NCBI GenBank assembly: GCA_964623495.1
Contig: CAZUTV010000004.1
Coordinates: 16,587-80,586, forward strand
DNA length: 64,000 nucleotides
Source: Candidatus Woesearchaeota archaeon
Lineage (GTDB): Archaea; Nanobdellota; Nanobdellia; Pacearchaeales; GW2011-AR1
Direction of reading: 5' to 3'
The notes beneath the pieces were generated by a model. That model was given only the letters and a program-made list of their open reading frames with translations. It had not been told where the DNA came from and did no database searches. Within the stretch, counting starts at the first letter, position 1. Every line of letters begins with the position of its first letter. Positions 32,883 to 42,419 of the stretch are shown in pieces. A program made the position numbers and the translations under genes.

Positions 32883-34364
32883 TTATTTTATTTTGACGGG
32901 TTTGTTTTTATTATAAAATTCAAGGGCTCTTTTGAGTCTTATTAAAGAATCAGAATAAATTGTCAGAAAATTTTGGCCTTTTTCCAGTTTAGCACCCACA
33001 TGGCAGTAGATAAAAACTCCGGCCATTTTATCCTCGGGAGAGCCTGCTATTCTAGCCAAAGTGCTTATGTCTTGATTAACAATTTCTCTAATAGTTCCTG
33101 ATTTATCTGCAATCACTTCTTTTTTATATTTTGCGGGTTTTATTCTTCTTAGTGATCCGTGCTGTGCCCTTATTATCTCCTTAAACTTCTCAAAGGCTCT
33201 TCCAGAATAAAGAATTTCCTTGGCCATTTCTATCCCCTCGCCCTTTCGTGATTTGCCGGCCATTTCAAGAAGTGCCCCAGACAACATAAGAGACTTATAT
33301 TCCAAATCTCTTGGGCCTTGTTGCATAGGATCAAGAACCTTGATTATATCCATTATCTCCAGCATAGGGCCTATCCCATTGCCTATAGGTTGTGTGCCGT
33401 CAGTGATTATGCACCGTAATTTAATTTTAAAATATTGTGCAAGCTTCTCAAAGCCTTTCTTTAATTCAAACGCTTTCTTTCTTGTAAACTTTGCACCTCT
33501 GCCACAAGGAATATCAATAACAACGTGTGTGCTTCCTGCAGCCAATTTTTTAGACATAATTGAAGATAAAAGCTGGGCCCCGGGATCTATTTTTAGAATT
33601 TTTTCAACCTGAATTATTTTTGAGTCTGCAGGAACCATTCCCAATCCACCACCATGAACCATGCATGCATTTGTTTTACGAACTATTTTCCTTATTTCTT
33701 TGGGAGTAAAATCCACTCTTGCAACAGCCTCAATAACGTCTGCGGTTCCGGCTGCACTGGTTATTGCTCTTGAAGAATTTTTTGGCATAATTAATCCTGC
33801 AGCAGCACATATTGAGACAATTATTGGGGTCGTTCTATTTCCGGGAATTCCACCTATACAATGTTTATCTGCAATTATCTTGTAAGGGAGGTCTACTTGG
33901 AAACCTGTGTTAAGTATGGCTTTAGTCAGGTTCACTGTTTCTTGAAAGTTCATTCCCTGTTCATATATTGCTGAAACGAACAACGCAATTTCGGACTCCT
34001 CCAATGAATTACTGACTATGTCCTTAACTATCTCGTTAATCTCTAGTCCAGAAAGCCTCCTTCCATCCAGTTTTTTCCTTATAAAAACAACGCTTTTTGG
34101 ATCTTTAGCCAAACCAACAAAAACTCTTTGCCCATTCTTTAAAGATATTCTCTCTTTGGTTTCGGAAGAAACCGCAATTTCATTTTCTTTTACCAGCCCA
34201 TCAATAGTGTTGACAAAGGTAAATACTTCTTTTGGTTTTTTTAAGAGGGTTTTTATAAAAATCCTATCTCTTGACTGAATACCAAGTTTATCTGCTGTCT
34301 TTTTATTAAGCATTGCGCCAAGCATTCCAGTATTCCACTTAAGAAACTTTATTTTTAACCTCAT
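32883..34364 (-). CDS. AMP phosphorylase (archaeal thymidine-phosphorylase family)
   Basis: About 490 aa with the extra N-terminal domain MRLKIKFLKWNTGMLGAMLNKKTADKLG and HCIGGIPGNRTTPIIV..SSRAITSAAGTADVIE. Confidence 0.8.
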   Translation of the reverse strand: MRLKIKFLKWNTGMLGAMLNKKTADKLGIQSRDRIFIKTLLKKPKEVFTFVNTIDGLVKENEIAVSSETKERISLKNGQRVFVGLAKDPKSVVFIRKKLDGRRLSGLEINEIVKDIVSNSLEESEIALFVSAIYEQGMNFQETVNLTKAILNTGFQVDLPYKIIADKHCIGGIPGNRTTPIIVSICAAAGLIMPKNSSRAITSAAGTADVIEAVARVDFTPKEIRKIVRKTNACMVHGGGLGMVPADSKIIQVEKILKIDPGAQLLSSIMSKKLAAGSTHVVIDIPCGRGAKFTRKKAFELKKGFEKLAQYFKIKLRCIITDGTQPIGNGIGPMLEIMDIIKVLDPMQQGPRDLEYKSLMLSGALLEMAGKSRKGEGIEMAKEILYSGRAFEKFKEIIRAQHGSLRRIKPAKYKKEVIADKSGTIREIVNQDISTLARIAGSPEDKMAGVFIYCHVGAKLEKGQNFLTIYSDSLIRLKRALEFYNKNKPVKIK

Positions 34365-34397
34365 TTTAATATTATGGTAGGAAAAAGAAAATTGTTT

Positions 34398-35444
34398 TTA
34401 TACATTTCGTTGAGGAGCGTCCTTAGAAGCTTCTTTAGTGTCCCTGTAAACATCTAAGATAATCAATAAATAGGCCAGAATTAGTGGCCCAATTATGATT
34501 CCTAAAACGCCGAAGGGGAAAATCCCGCCGATCATACCAATTAAAACGACTGTTGAGTGAAGCTTTGTTCTTTTTGCAACAAAAAACGGCCTAAAAATAT
34601 TATCAATAAACGTAGAGATAATTCCAAAGATCAAGATTCCCAAGGTTGCAGTTAAGTCTCCTTGAATAGAAAAATAGATTAAAACAGGGAACCAGATAAT
34701 CACTGTCCCGATAATTGGAAGTATCCCTGCAACGATAGCCAAAAGAGTTAAAATCCAGGCACTTGGAACTCCAAAAATAAAGAAGCCTATACCAATAACA
34801 ACACCCTGAATAAAGCCCATAACAATCATTCCGTAAAGAACTGCCCTCGTTATTTCCTTAGAAGAAAAGAATATCTTATCTTGAATAGATTTTGAGAAAG
34901 GAATTAGACTTCTCAAGTATCTTGCAAGATCCTCTTCGTCCCTCAAAACAAAATAAAAAGTAAAAAGAACAACCAAAAACTGAAGTAGCAGGTTGGGGGC
35001 ATCTAGAATTATCTGCGTTAGGGAATTCGTAAAGGAATTGGCTGTTCGAGTTACAAAAGTATGCAAGATGTTTCCAACATCCTGGGAAAACTCCTGTGAA
35101 GAAAAAAGCGAGGGAAATACAGATTTTAAAACGGCAACAAAATCTGTTTGTTGAGCCGATTGATAAATCTTAAATGACTGCTCTATGAGCATTGGAGTAA
35201 ATAACCATAACGGAACAACAATTAACAGAATTAAAATTATACAGAGGAGAACCGCAGAGAAGTTTGGGGATTTGGTTAGTCTTAAAATAAACCTATAAAC
35301 CGGTGCAAAAATAAAAGCTAGAATAAACCCAAAAATTACTGAAAGAATTATTGGCTTCAAAACAAGAAAAGCCCCAACTAAAAGAAGTATAAAGGCAAGG
35401 GCAGGAATAATTTTCTTTACATTATCGTCTTCCATTTTCAGCAT
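34398..35444 (-). CDS. AI-2E family transporter (UPF0118/PerM-like permease)
   Basis: Polytopic protein with family-typical length and C-terminal ...VVLIGMIGGIFPFGVLGIIIGPLILA. ATG 35444 chosen (the track start is TTG). Confidence 0.55.
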   Translation of the reverse strand: MLKMEDDNVKKIIPALAFILLLVGAFLVLKPIILSVIFGFILAFIFAPVYRFILRLTKSPNFSAVLLCIILILLIVVPLWLFTPMLIEQSFKIYQSAQQTDFVAVLKSVFPSLFSSQEFSQDVGNILHTFVTRTANSFTNSLTQIILDAPNLLLQFLVVLFTFYFVLRDEEDLARYLRSLIPFSKSIQDKIFFSSKEITRAVLYGMIVMGFIQGVVIGIGFFIFGVPSAWILTLLAIVAGILPIIGTVIIWFPVLIYFSIQGDLTATLGILIFGIISTFIDNIFRPFFVAKRTKLHSTVVLIGMIGGIFPFGVLGIIIGPLILAYLLIILDVYRDTKEASKDAPQRNV

Positions 35445-35470
35445 TTGTCGGTAATAGCAGGGCAATTAAA

Positions 35471-35478
35471 TTTATAAA
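35471..35478 (-). promoter_or_regulatory. TATA-box candidate (TTTATAAA), 26 nt upstream of ATG 35444
   Basis: Exact box in the divergent intergenic region. Confidence 0.35.
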
Positions 35479-35499
35479 GGTTTGTAAGAATTCAAAAAG

Positions 35500-35507
35500 T
35501 TTATAAG
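35500..35507 (+). promoter_or_regulatory. TATA-box candidate (TTTATAAG), 21 nt before ATG 35529
   Basis: Spacing matches the other leaderless-type starts. Confidence 0.35.
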
Positions 35508-35528
35508 TAAAATTTGCTGATAGTTAAT

Positions 35529-36236
35529 ATGAATTTTATAAAAAAGATTTTTGATGGAAAAGGTGATCCCTTAGTTCATTTGCAGTTCCAGAAATTCAGT
35601 AGGGGTGAGTTTACAGATCGGGCAGTTATAAAAGTGAAAAATTCTGCGGGAAAATATACTATTTCAACAACTTCTGAATTTGCGAATGATTTTGTAAGGG
35701 ACATGGCAGAGAAGCTTGGTTCTGGGAAAACACAGGTTAGCGGTGCAATTGTGTCAACTTCTGATCTTACAGGGATGCTGGATTTCAAAGGGAAAAAGCA
35801 GTTTCAGGGAGTTAAACAATATTTAATTGATGAAGAAATATCTGGAAAAGAGATAATTTCTTTATTAGACAAGTTTCCAAAGGCATTTTTTGGGTTAAGC
35901 TTTAGTGTTAATGAAGATGTTTTAAAGATAAAAGCTAAGGCTCCAAAATCTGGAAAGCCTGGAAGCAAGGGTGAAGAAGCCCCTAACCCGGATTTTTGCA
36001 AACTAGTTACTAAAGACAAGGCAATCGCTCAGAGTTTTGTGTTTGAAAAAACAGACTTCAAGGAAGCAACTGCAACACACACTTTTGTTATAAATGAGAT
36101 AGTTATCCCTGAAAACTTAAAGAAGAGTGAGGATTTTGCAAAGATAAGGGAAGAAAGCAAAAGAAAAGGAAAAATAATAAGAGAGGCCGAAATTGATGGT
36201 CAGAAAATAAGAACAGAGAAGCCTTTTGAGGCGTAA
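35529..36236 (+). CDS. Hypothetical protein (235 aa) immediately upstream of the ribosomal operon
   Basis: MNFIKKIFDGKGDP.... No family recognised. The track start at 35514 is TTG. Confidence 0.5.
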   Translation: MNFIKKIFDGKGDPLVHLQFQKFSRGEFTDRAVIKVKNSAGKYTISTTSEFANDFVRDMAEKLGSGKTQVSGAIVSTSDLTGMLDFKGKKQFQGVKQYLIDEEISGKEIISLLDKFPKAFFGLSFSVNEDVLKIKAKAPKSGKPGSKGEEAPNPDFCKLVTKDKAIAQSFVFEKTDFKEATATHTFVINEIVIPENLKKSEDFAKIREESKRKGKIIREAEIDGQKIRTEKPFEA

Positions 36237-36328
36237 AACAAGACCGAAGGGCTTAAAAACCTACTTTTTCTCAATAAACTATCCAGGGTAAGAGAAAATG
36301 AATTCCGCTATACTAATAAGAAGAATAT

Positions 36329-37267
36329 ATGGGAGCAGCGAAATCACCAAGGAAAGGAAGCCTGCAATATTGGCCAAGAAAGAGAATATCTAAATTCTTA
36401 CCTAGAGTAAACTGGAAAGCCTTGAGTGATTCTAAGAATCTTAAGGGATTTATAGCTTATAAGGCTGGAATGGCCTCTGTTCATGTTAAAGATTTAACCC
36501 CTAATTCTATGACAAAAGACAAGAAAATAGCTATTCCTGTAACAATTATAGAATGTCCGCCAATGAAAATATTTTCAATTAGATCGTATAAAGACGGAAA
36601 AGTTATTGGAGAATCTTTAAATGATAATCTCGATAAAGAATTAAAGGGAATAGTTAAACTGCCCAAGAAAACCCAAAAAAAGATAGAAGATGCCAAGGAT
36701 TGTGACGATATTCGACTTCTCGTCTATTCGCAAGTGAAAAAAACAGGGATAAAAAAAACTCCCGACTTGACAGAAGTTGCACTTTCTGGAACATTAGACC
36801 AGAAACGTGATTTTGTAAAAGAAAATTTGAAGAAAGAGATAAGCATTGCAGATGCCTTTGATAAAGGAAGCTTGGTGGACTTTCATGGGTTAACAAAAGG
36901 AAAGGGATTTCAAGGCCCTGTAAAAAGGTTTGGTATAAAATTAAGACAACATAAATCTGAAAAGGGTGTGAGGAAGGTGGGTAGTGTTGGTCCGTGGCAT
37001 CCAAGAAGAATTACTTTTAGAGTTCCGCGGGCGGGACAGCTCGGATTATTTACTAGGATTTCTTATAACAACAAGATAATCAATATCGGCAAAGCAGAAG
37101 ATAATCTAAAGAATATAAAGAACTTTGGTAAAGTGAACACAGACTACATTCTTGTTAGGGGTTCTGTACAAGGGCCAGCAAAAAGGCAGCTTTTAATTAC
37201 AACAACTCTAAGACCCACCAAAGAACAAAATAAAAAAAACTATGAATTTATCGAGGTGATAAAATGA
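36329..37267 (+). CDS. rpl3: Ribosomal protein L3 (uL3)
   Basis: SPRKGSLQYWPRKR, FQGPVKRFG, VGPWHPRR. Confidence 0.95.
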   Translation: MGAAKSPRKGSLQYWPRKRISKFLPRVNWKALSDSKNLKGFIAYKAGMASVHVKDLTPNSMTKDKKIAIPVTIIECPPMKIFSIRSYKDGKVIGESLNDNLDKELKGIVKLPKKTQKKIEDAKDCDDIRLLVYSQVKKTGIKKTPDLTEVALSGTLDQKRDFVKENLKKEISIADAFDKGSLVDFHGLTKGKGFQGPVKRFGIKLRQHKSEKGVRKVGSVGPWHPRRITFRVPRAGQLGLFTRISYNNKIINIGKAEDNLKNIKNFGKVNTDYILVRGSVQGPAKRQLLITTTLRPTKEQNKKNYEFIEVIK

Positions 37268-38061
37268 AAACCTCTGTTTTAGAAATAAGCGGCGCAGAAA
37301 AATCAAAGATAGACCTTCCAGAGGTATTTTCTAAAGAAATTCGAGAAGACATTGTCTTCAAGGTTCTTGAGACTAAAAAAATAAAGCAACCATATTCGCC
37401 ATCGCCGGTTGGAGGAAAACAACATTCGGCAAGCGGAAAAATGAGGCATAGAAGGCATGTTTGGCAAACCCATTATGGAAGAGGAATGTCAAGGATACCG
37501 AGAAAGGTCATGTCTAGAAGAGGAAGCCAATTCCATTGGGTCGGGGCAGAAATCTCGTCTGCAAGAGGGGGAAGAAGGGCACACCCTCCAAAAGTGCTTG
37601 GAATAATAAACACAAAAAGAATAAACAAAAAAGAGTTGCAGATTGCCCTAGAATCTGCAATTAGTGCAACAGCCTCAGCAAGATGGATCAATAAAAGGTA
37701 TAAAAGATTAACCGAAGAGGATGTAAAAAAGGCCCCTTTTATAGTTGATGGAAAGATTACAAGTTTAAAGACAAAAGAAGCTCTAGCAGTCTTGAAGAAA
37801 ATTCTGGGCAACAAAGTTTTTGAATTAGCCATAAAGGTAAAGACAATTAGGTCTGGAAAAGGGAAATCAAGGGGCAGAAGATATAAATCAAATGCGGGAT
37901 TAATTTTCGTTATCGGAAACAAAGAGAAAATGAAACTAAAGGTAATAGATCATGTTAAAGTAAAAGAACTTGGTGTAAAAGATTTGGCTAATGGAGGATT
38001 GGGAAGACTCGCTATTTACACTGAAGAGGCCATAAAAGACCTAGCAGGAAGAACAAAATGA
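37264..38061 (+). CDS. rpl4: Ribosomal protein L4 (uL4)
   Basis: SGKMRHRRHVWQTHYGRGMSRIPR..GGRRAHPPK. ATGA overlap with L3. Confidence 0.95.
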   Translation: MKTSVLEISGAEKSKIDLPEVFSKEIREDIVFKVLETKKIKQPYSPSPVGGKQHSASGKMRHRRHVWQTHYGRGMSRIPRKVMSRRGSQFHWVGAEISSARGGRRAHPPKVLGIINTKRINKKELQIALESAISATASARWINKRYKRLTEEDVKKAPFIVDGKITSLKTKEALAVLKKILGNKVFELAIKVKTIRSGKGKSRGRRYKSNAGLIFVIGNKEKMKLKVIDHVKVKELGVKDLANGGLGRLAIYTEEAIKDLAGRTK

Positions 38062-38294
38062 AACCACTAGTAACTGAAAAAGCAGTCATGATGATTGAAA
38101 GAGAGAATATCCTAACTTTTGTTATGAGAAAGAACACAACAAAACCAGAAATCAAAAAAGAGATAGAAGATTTGTTTGAGATTAAAGTCGACAAGATAAG
38201 GACTTTAATAAGGAATAATAAAAAATATGCCTATGTTAAACTAAATAAAAAATTCCTTGCAATAGATGTTGCAACTAAACTTGGATTGATCTAA
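38058..38294 (+). CDS. rpl23: Ribosomal protein L23 (uL23)
   Basis: 78 aa between L4 and L2. ...NKKYAYVKL. Confidence 0.9.
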   Translation: MKPLVTEKAVMMIERENILTFVMRKNTTKPEIKKEIEDLFEIKVDKIRTLIRNNKKYAYVKLNKKFLAIDVATKLGLI

Positions 38295-38295
38295 A

Positions 38296-38991
38296 ATGGG
38301 TAAGAGGATAATTTCGCAGGCAAGGGGACATGGAAGCAATACTTACAGAGTCAGAAGGAATGCCTATAAGTATAGGCTAAAATATCCTAAGCAATTGTCT
38401 GGGGAGGGAACCGTCATAAAGATATTAAATTCTCCTGGTCATACAACCCCTATAGCCAAGGTTATGCATAATGAGGGCGTTTTTTATATCCCTGCATTTA
38501 AGGGAATGGTAGAAAGCCAAAAAATTCATTTTAATAATGAAATAAATCTCGGGAATATCGTCTCTTTGAAGCACGTTCCAGTAAAAACAGAGATTTATAG
38601 CATAGAATCAAGACCAGGCGATGGAGGAGTATTTATTAGAACCGCGGGAAGTTTTGGAACTGTGAATAGAATAATAGGAAATAAAGTTTATATCCTAATG
38701 CCTTCAAAAAAGGAAAAGGCATTTCATCCAGAATGTCGGGCCATAATTGGAATAATTGCCGGTTCTGGAAGACTAGACAAACCAATATTAAAGGCAGGAA
38801 AAAAACATTATATGGCCAAAGCAAGAAATAAATTATGGCCGAGAACATCTGCCTTAAAGATGAATGCTATAGACCATCCATTTGGATCTGGAAGAGGAAA
38901 GAACCCAAAGAGCAAGATAGCAAAGAGAAACGTCCCTCCAGGAGCCAAGGTTGGACACTTAAGGCCAAGACAAACAGGTAAACGTAAATAA
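38296..38991 (+). CDS. rpl2: Ribosomal protein L2 (uL2)
   Basis: [14 protein letters not shown]..., [14 protein letters not shown]. Confidence 0.95.
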   Translation: MGKRIISQARGHGSNTYRVRRNAYKYRLKYPKQLSGEGTVIKILNSPGHTTPIAKVMHNEGVFYIPAFKGMVESQKIHFNNEINLGNIVSLKHVPVKTEIYSIESRPGDGGVFIRTAGSFGTVNRIIGNKVYILMPSKKEKAFHPECRAIIGIIAGSGRLDKPILKAGKKHYMAKARNKLWPRTSALKMNAIDHPFGSGRGKNPKSKIAKRNVPPGAKVGHLRPRQTGKRK

Positions 38992-39380
38992 TGGAAAAAA
39001 AAGAATTTACTTATCGGGGAAAGACAATTCAAGAACTGAAAGAATTAGATGTTAGGGAATTTGCAAGATATTTACCATCAAGAGAAAGGAGAAGTCTCTT
39101 AAGAAACTTCCAAAAAGTTGAGGAATTTGTTAGCGAGGCTAAAGAAAAAACATCTAAAGGAAAAAAGATAAGAACTCATTTTCGAGATTTGGTGATTGTT
39201 CCTAAATTAATCGGGATGAAAATACAAGTACACGCAGGAAATTTGTTTGGGCTGGTCGAAGTGACTGAAGAAATGCTTGGGCATAGGCTAGGAGAATTCG
39301 CATTAACAAGAAGAAAAGTTGCGCACGGAAGTGCAGGCGTTGGGGCAACAAAAGGAAGTAAACACAAAGCTAAGAAGTAA
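38991..39380 (+). CDS. rps19: Ribosomal protein S19 (uS19)
   Basis: [38 protein letters not shown]. Confidence 0.95.
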   Translation: MEKKEFTYRGKTIQELKELDVREFARYLPSRERRSLLRNFQKVEEFVSEAKEKTSKGKKIRTHFRDLVIVPKLIGMKIQVHAGNLFGLVEVTEEMLGHRLGEFALTRRKVAHGSAGVGATKGSKHKAKK

Positions 39381-39382
39381 AA

Positions 39383-39994
39383 ATGGAAGAAGAAAAACTA
39401 AAAACAAAAAATAAGAAATCTAAGGAGAAAATAGAAGATAAGAAAACAAATCTAGAAAAAGAGCACCTTCCAAATAAAGAGATGCCTTCAAAAGAAACTG
39501 AAAAAGATACTAAAAATGATGAAAAGGAAAACAAAGTAGAGGTCAAAAAAAAGAAAACAGAAAAAGTCAAAAGATTCGAGGCAACAGTTAATGCATATGA
39601 TATTCCAATATCTACCCGGCACTCAGTAGAGATATGTCGATTTATAAAAGGAAAAGAGATTAATCTTGCAATTAAAGAGCTTGAACTGGTTTTAAAATTG
39701 AAGAAAGCGATTCCCATGCGCGGAGAAATACCCCATAAAGGGGGGGAGAGGATGTCTTCTGGAAGATACCCTATAAAATCCGTTAAAAATTTCTTGGTTT
39801 TACTAAGAAGTTTATTAGGAAATTCAAATCAAAACGAGATTGATGAACCGATCATCACTCTAGCTATTGCAAACAGCGCCTCTAGACCATACGGAAAATT
39901 TGGAAGAGTGAGAAAAAAAAGAACCCATATTTTTATAAAAGCTATCGAGAAAAAGAAAATAAAAGAATTAAATAAAAAACCAAAAACTCATTGA
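39383..39994 (+). CDS. rpl22: Ribosomal protein L22 (uL22) with an approximately 60-aa Lys/Glu-rich N-terminal extension
   Basis: The core starts near ATVNAYDIPISTRHSVEICRFIKGK. It is preceded by MEEEKLKTKNKKSKEKIEDKKTNLEKEH...KKKKTEKVK. Confidence 0.9.
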   Translation: MEEEKLKTKNKKSKEKIEDKKTNLEKEHLPNKEMPSKETEKDTKNDEKENKVEVKKKKTEKVKRFEATVNAYDIPISTRHSVEICRFIKGKEINLAIKELELVLKLKKAIPMRGEIPHKGGERMSSGRYPIKSVKNFLVLLRSLLGNSNQNEIDEPIITLAIANSASRPYGKFGRVRKKRTHIFIKAIEKKKIKELNKKPKTH

Positions 39995-39995
39995 A

Positions 39996-40682
39996 ATGGA
40001 AGAAAGAAAAATCGTCGGGTTTAAGAAAGATGAATTCGCAGTAAAAGAGTATATTAAGAAATCTATAGGAAAAGGCAAGATAAGCAAAGTTAGAATAGAG
40101 TATACTCCTATAGGAGAAAAGATAATTATTTCGACCAGTAGACCCGGTTTGGTGATAGGGAGAGGTGGGGAGAGAATAGAAGAATTAACCCGGTTCTTGA
40201 AAACTAGATTTAAACTAGAAAATCCTAACATAGAAATTGACGAAATTAGAAATCCAGACCTTGATGCCCAGCTTGTAGCAGACGAAATTGCCATTGGGTT
40301 AGAAAAGTTTGGCCCATTAAAATTTAAGGTTATTGCCTATAAAACACTGCAAAAAATAATGAATGTGGGGGCCCTGGGTACAGAAATAAGACTCAGCGGA
40401 AAACTTCCTAGTTCTAGAGCTAAAACTTGGAGGTTTGCTCAGGGGTATTTAAAAAAAACAGGAGATAGCGCAAAGGTTGTTGATAGAGCCCAGGCAAGAG
40501 CAGAAACAAAACCCGGAACAGTCGGGATAAAGGTGGGAATACTTACACCAGATGCAAAATTAAAAGACACTATTGTTGTCAATGACGAACTTATTACTCA
40601 ACTAAATAAAAATATGGAAAAAAGTTTTTTGAAAACCGGCGAAGAAAAAACAAAAAAGCCGAGGAAAAAAAAGGATAAATAA
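39996..40682 (+). CDS. rps3: Ribosomal protein S3 (uS3)
   Basis: KH motif LVIGRGGERIEELT. Confidence 0.95.
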   Translation: MEERKIVGFKKDEFAVKEYIKKSIGKGKISKVRIEYTPIGEKIIISTSRPGLVIGRGGERIEELTRFLKTRFKLENPNIEIDEIRNPDLDAQLVADEIAIGLEKFGPLKFKVIAYKTLQKIMNVGALGTEIRLSGKLPSSRAKTWRFAQGYLKKTGDSAKVVDRAQARAETKPGTVGIKVGILTPDAKLKDTIVVNDELITQLNKNMEKSFLKTGEEKTKKPRKKKDK

Positions 40683-40684
40683 AG

Positions 40685-40888
40685 ATGGCTACCCTGAAAT
40701 ATTCCGAGATAAAAAAAATTAGCCCAGAAGAAAGGAAAAAGAAGCTAAAAGAACTAAGGATGGAACTAATAAAAGCCAATGTTCACTCTTCTAAAGGAGG
40801 AAGTTCAAAAATCAAAATGACAAAAAAGATGATCGCCAAATTATTAACACTCGACAAATCTGGGAAGGAGGAGTTGAGAAAGAAATAG
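40685..40888 (+). CDS. rpl29: Ribosomal protein L29 (uL29)
   Basis: 67 aa. ...ERKKKLKELRMELIKAN. Synteny. Confidence 0.9.
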   Translation: MATLKYSEIKKISPEERKKKLKELRMELIKANVHSSKGGSSKIKMTKKMIAKLLTLDKSGKEELRKK

Positions 40889-40894
40889 AAAGAC

Positions 40895-41191
40895 ATGGAA
40901 ATATGTCCAAAATGTGGCTTGCCAATGCAAGCATGCGTGTGTGAACAGATTGTAAAAAGTTCGCAGAAGATAAAGGTAACGACCGAAAAGAAAAGATATG
41001 GAAAGATCGTTACTATTGTAAGTGGATTCGATAGCGGAGTTGACGGAAAAAAAATCGCCAAAAGCCTAAAAAATGAGCTGGCATGCGGCGGAACATATAA
41101 AAACGACGTTATTGAACTACAGGGAGACCATAGCAAAAAGATCAAAGATCTCCTTGTAAAGCTTGGATTTGATGAAGAGTCAATAAACTAA
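40895..41191 (+). CDS. Translation initiation factor SUI1 (aIF1)
   Basis: KIKVTTEKKRYGKIVTIVSGF...ELACGGTYKNDVIELQGDH. Confidence 0.85.
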   Translation: MEICPKCGLPMQACVCEQIVKSSQKIKVTTEKKRYGKIVTIVSGFDSGVDGKKIAKSLKNELACGGTYKNDVIELQGDHSKKIKDLLVKLGFDEESIN

Positions 41192-41207
41192 ACATACGCC
41201 AAAAAAA

Positions 41208-41573
41208 ATGGAACACAAGAAAAAGAAAGACATAGAGAAAGAAGTACCAAAAATAGCTGGAGCCATATGTAAAGATAAAAGCTGCCCCATACATGGAAAC
41301 TTAAAAACAAGGGGCAGATTCTTCGAAGGAACAGTGATAAAGAAATTTTCAAAAAGAGTCGTTATAGAATTTGAAAGGATGATCTATGTAAAAAAATACG
41401 AGAGATATTCCAAAGGAAAAACGAAGATTCATGCCAGATTATCTGACTGCATGATAGAAGGAACAAATGTAGGGGATTGCATAAAGGTAAGAGAATGCAG
41501 ACCATTAAGCAAGATAATCCATTTTGTGGTAGTGGAAAAAATAAAAGGGAAAGAAAACGGAGAGAAAAAATGA
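41208..41573 (+). CDS. rps17: Ribosomal protein S17 (uS17)
   Basis: CPIHGNLKTRGRFFEGTVIK...VGDCIKVRECRPLSK. Confidence 0.9.
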   Translation: MEHKKKKDIEKEVPKIAGAICKDKSCPIHGNLKTRGRFFEGTVIKKFSKRVVIEFERMIYVKKYERYSKGKTKIHARLSDCMIEGTNVGDCIKVRECRPLSKIIHFVVVEKIKGKENGEKK

Positions 41574-41625
41574 AAGCAAATTACAAATTTTTAATCATTC
41601 AAAATAAAAACAGGAAAAATTTCAA

Positions 41626-42027
41626 ATGAAAGCAATAACAGCAAAAGGAACAGAAGGATTAAATTTAGGGGCGAAAGTGGTCTCTTCCGACAATAGCGGA
41701 GCCAAAATTGTAAAGATTGTTGGAGTAAAGAGAAGTAAAGCAAAAAAAAGAAAACAGGTGGGAGCCAAAATAGCCGACTGGGTTAAAGTTAGTGTAAGAA
41801 AAGGCATACCAGATATGGGGGGAAAAGTATTTGATGCAGTAGTCATAAGACAAAGAAAACCCTATAGGAGATTGAATGGTGAAAGAATATGTTTTGAGGA
41901 TAATGCAGTCGCCATATTAAAGGACGAAAAAGGAAACCCAAAAGGAACTCAAATTAAAGGACCAATTGCAAGGGAGGTAATGGAGAGATGGCCAACAGTG
42001 GCTAAAACAGCCTCCATCGTTTATTAG
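41626..42027 (+). CDS. rpl14: Ribosomal protein L14 (uL14)
   Basis: ...VVSSDNSGAKIVKIVGV...VIRQRKPYRR.NG. Confidence 0.95.
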   Translation: MKAITAKGTEGLNLGAKVVSSDNSGAKIVKIVGVKRSKAKKRKQVGAKIADWVKVSVRKGIPDMGGKVFDAVVIRQRKPYRRLNGERICFEDNAVAILKDEKGNPKGTQIKGPIAREVMERWPTVAKTASIVY

Positions 42028-42028
42028 A

Positions 42029-42418
42029 ATGAAAAAACAATTTAGCACAAGCTGGAAAACAAGCAAGAAACCAAGAAAACAAAGAAAATACCTAATTAAA
42101 GCCCCATTACACATAAAAAGAAATTTTTTAAGCGTCAATCTTGCAAAAAATTTGAGAAAATCACACGGAATCAGGAACATTATTGTAAAAAAGGGAGACA
42201 TTGTTGGTATCCAACGAGGAAAATTTAAGAAAAAACAAGGAAAGGTTTTAGGTGTAGACCTAAAGCGAGGAAGGGTGAATATTGAGGGGATTACAATGAA
42301 AAAATTAGATGGCTCAAAGAAGGAAGTACCAATAAGGGCCTCGAACTTACAGATAATGGAACTTAACTTAGAAGACAAGAAAAGGATCAATAAAGTAAAG
42401 AAACAGGAGAATAAATAA
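42029..42418 (+). CDS. rpl24: Ribosomal protein L24 (uL24)
   Basis: KOW motif IVKKGDIVGIQRGKFKKKQGKV. Confidence 0.9.
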   Translation: MKKQFSTSWKTSKKPRKQRKYLIKAPLHIKRNFLSVNLAKNLRKSHGIRNIIVKKGDIVGIQRGKFKKKQGKVLGVDLKRGRVNIEGITMKKLDGSKKEVPIRASNLQIMELNLEDKKRINKVKKQENK

Positions 42419-42419
42419 G

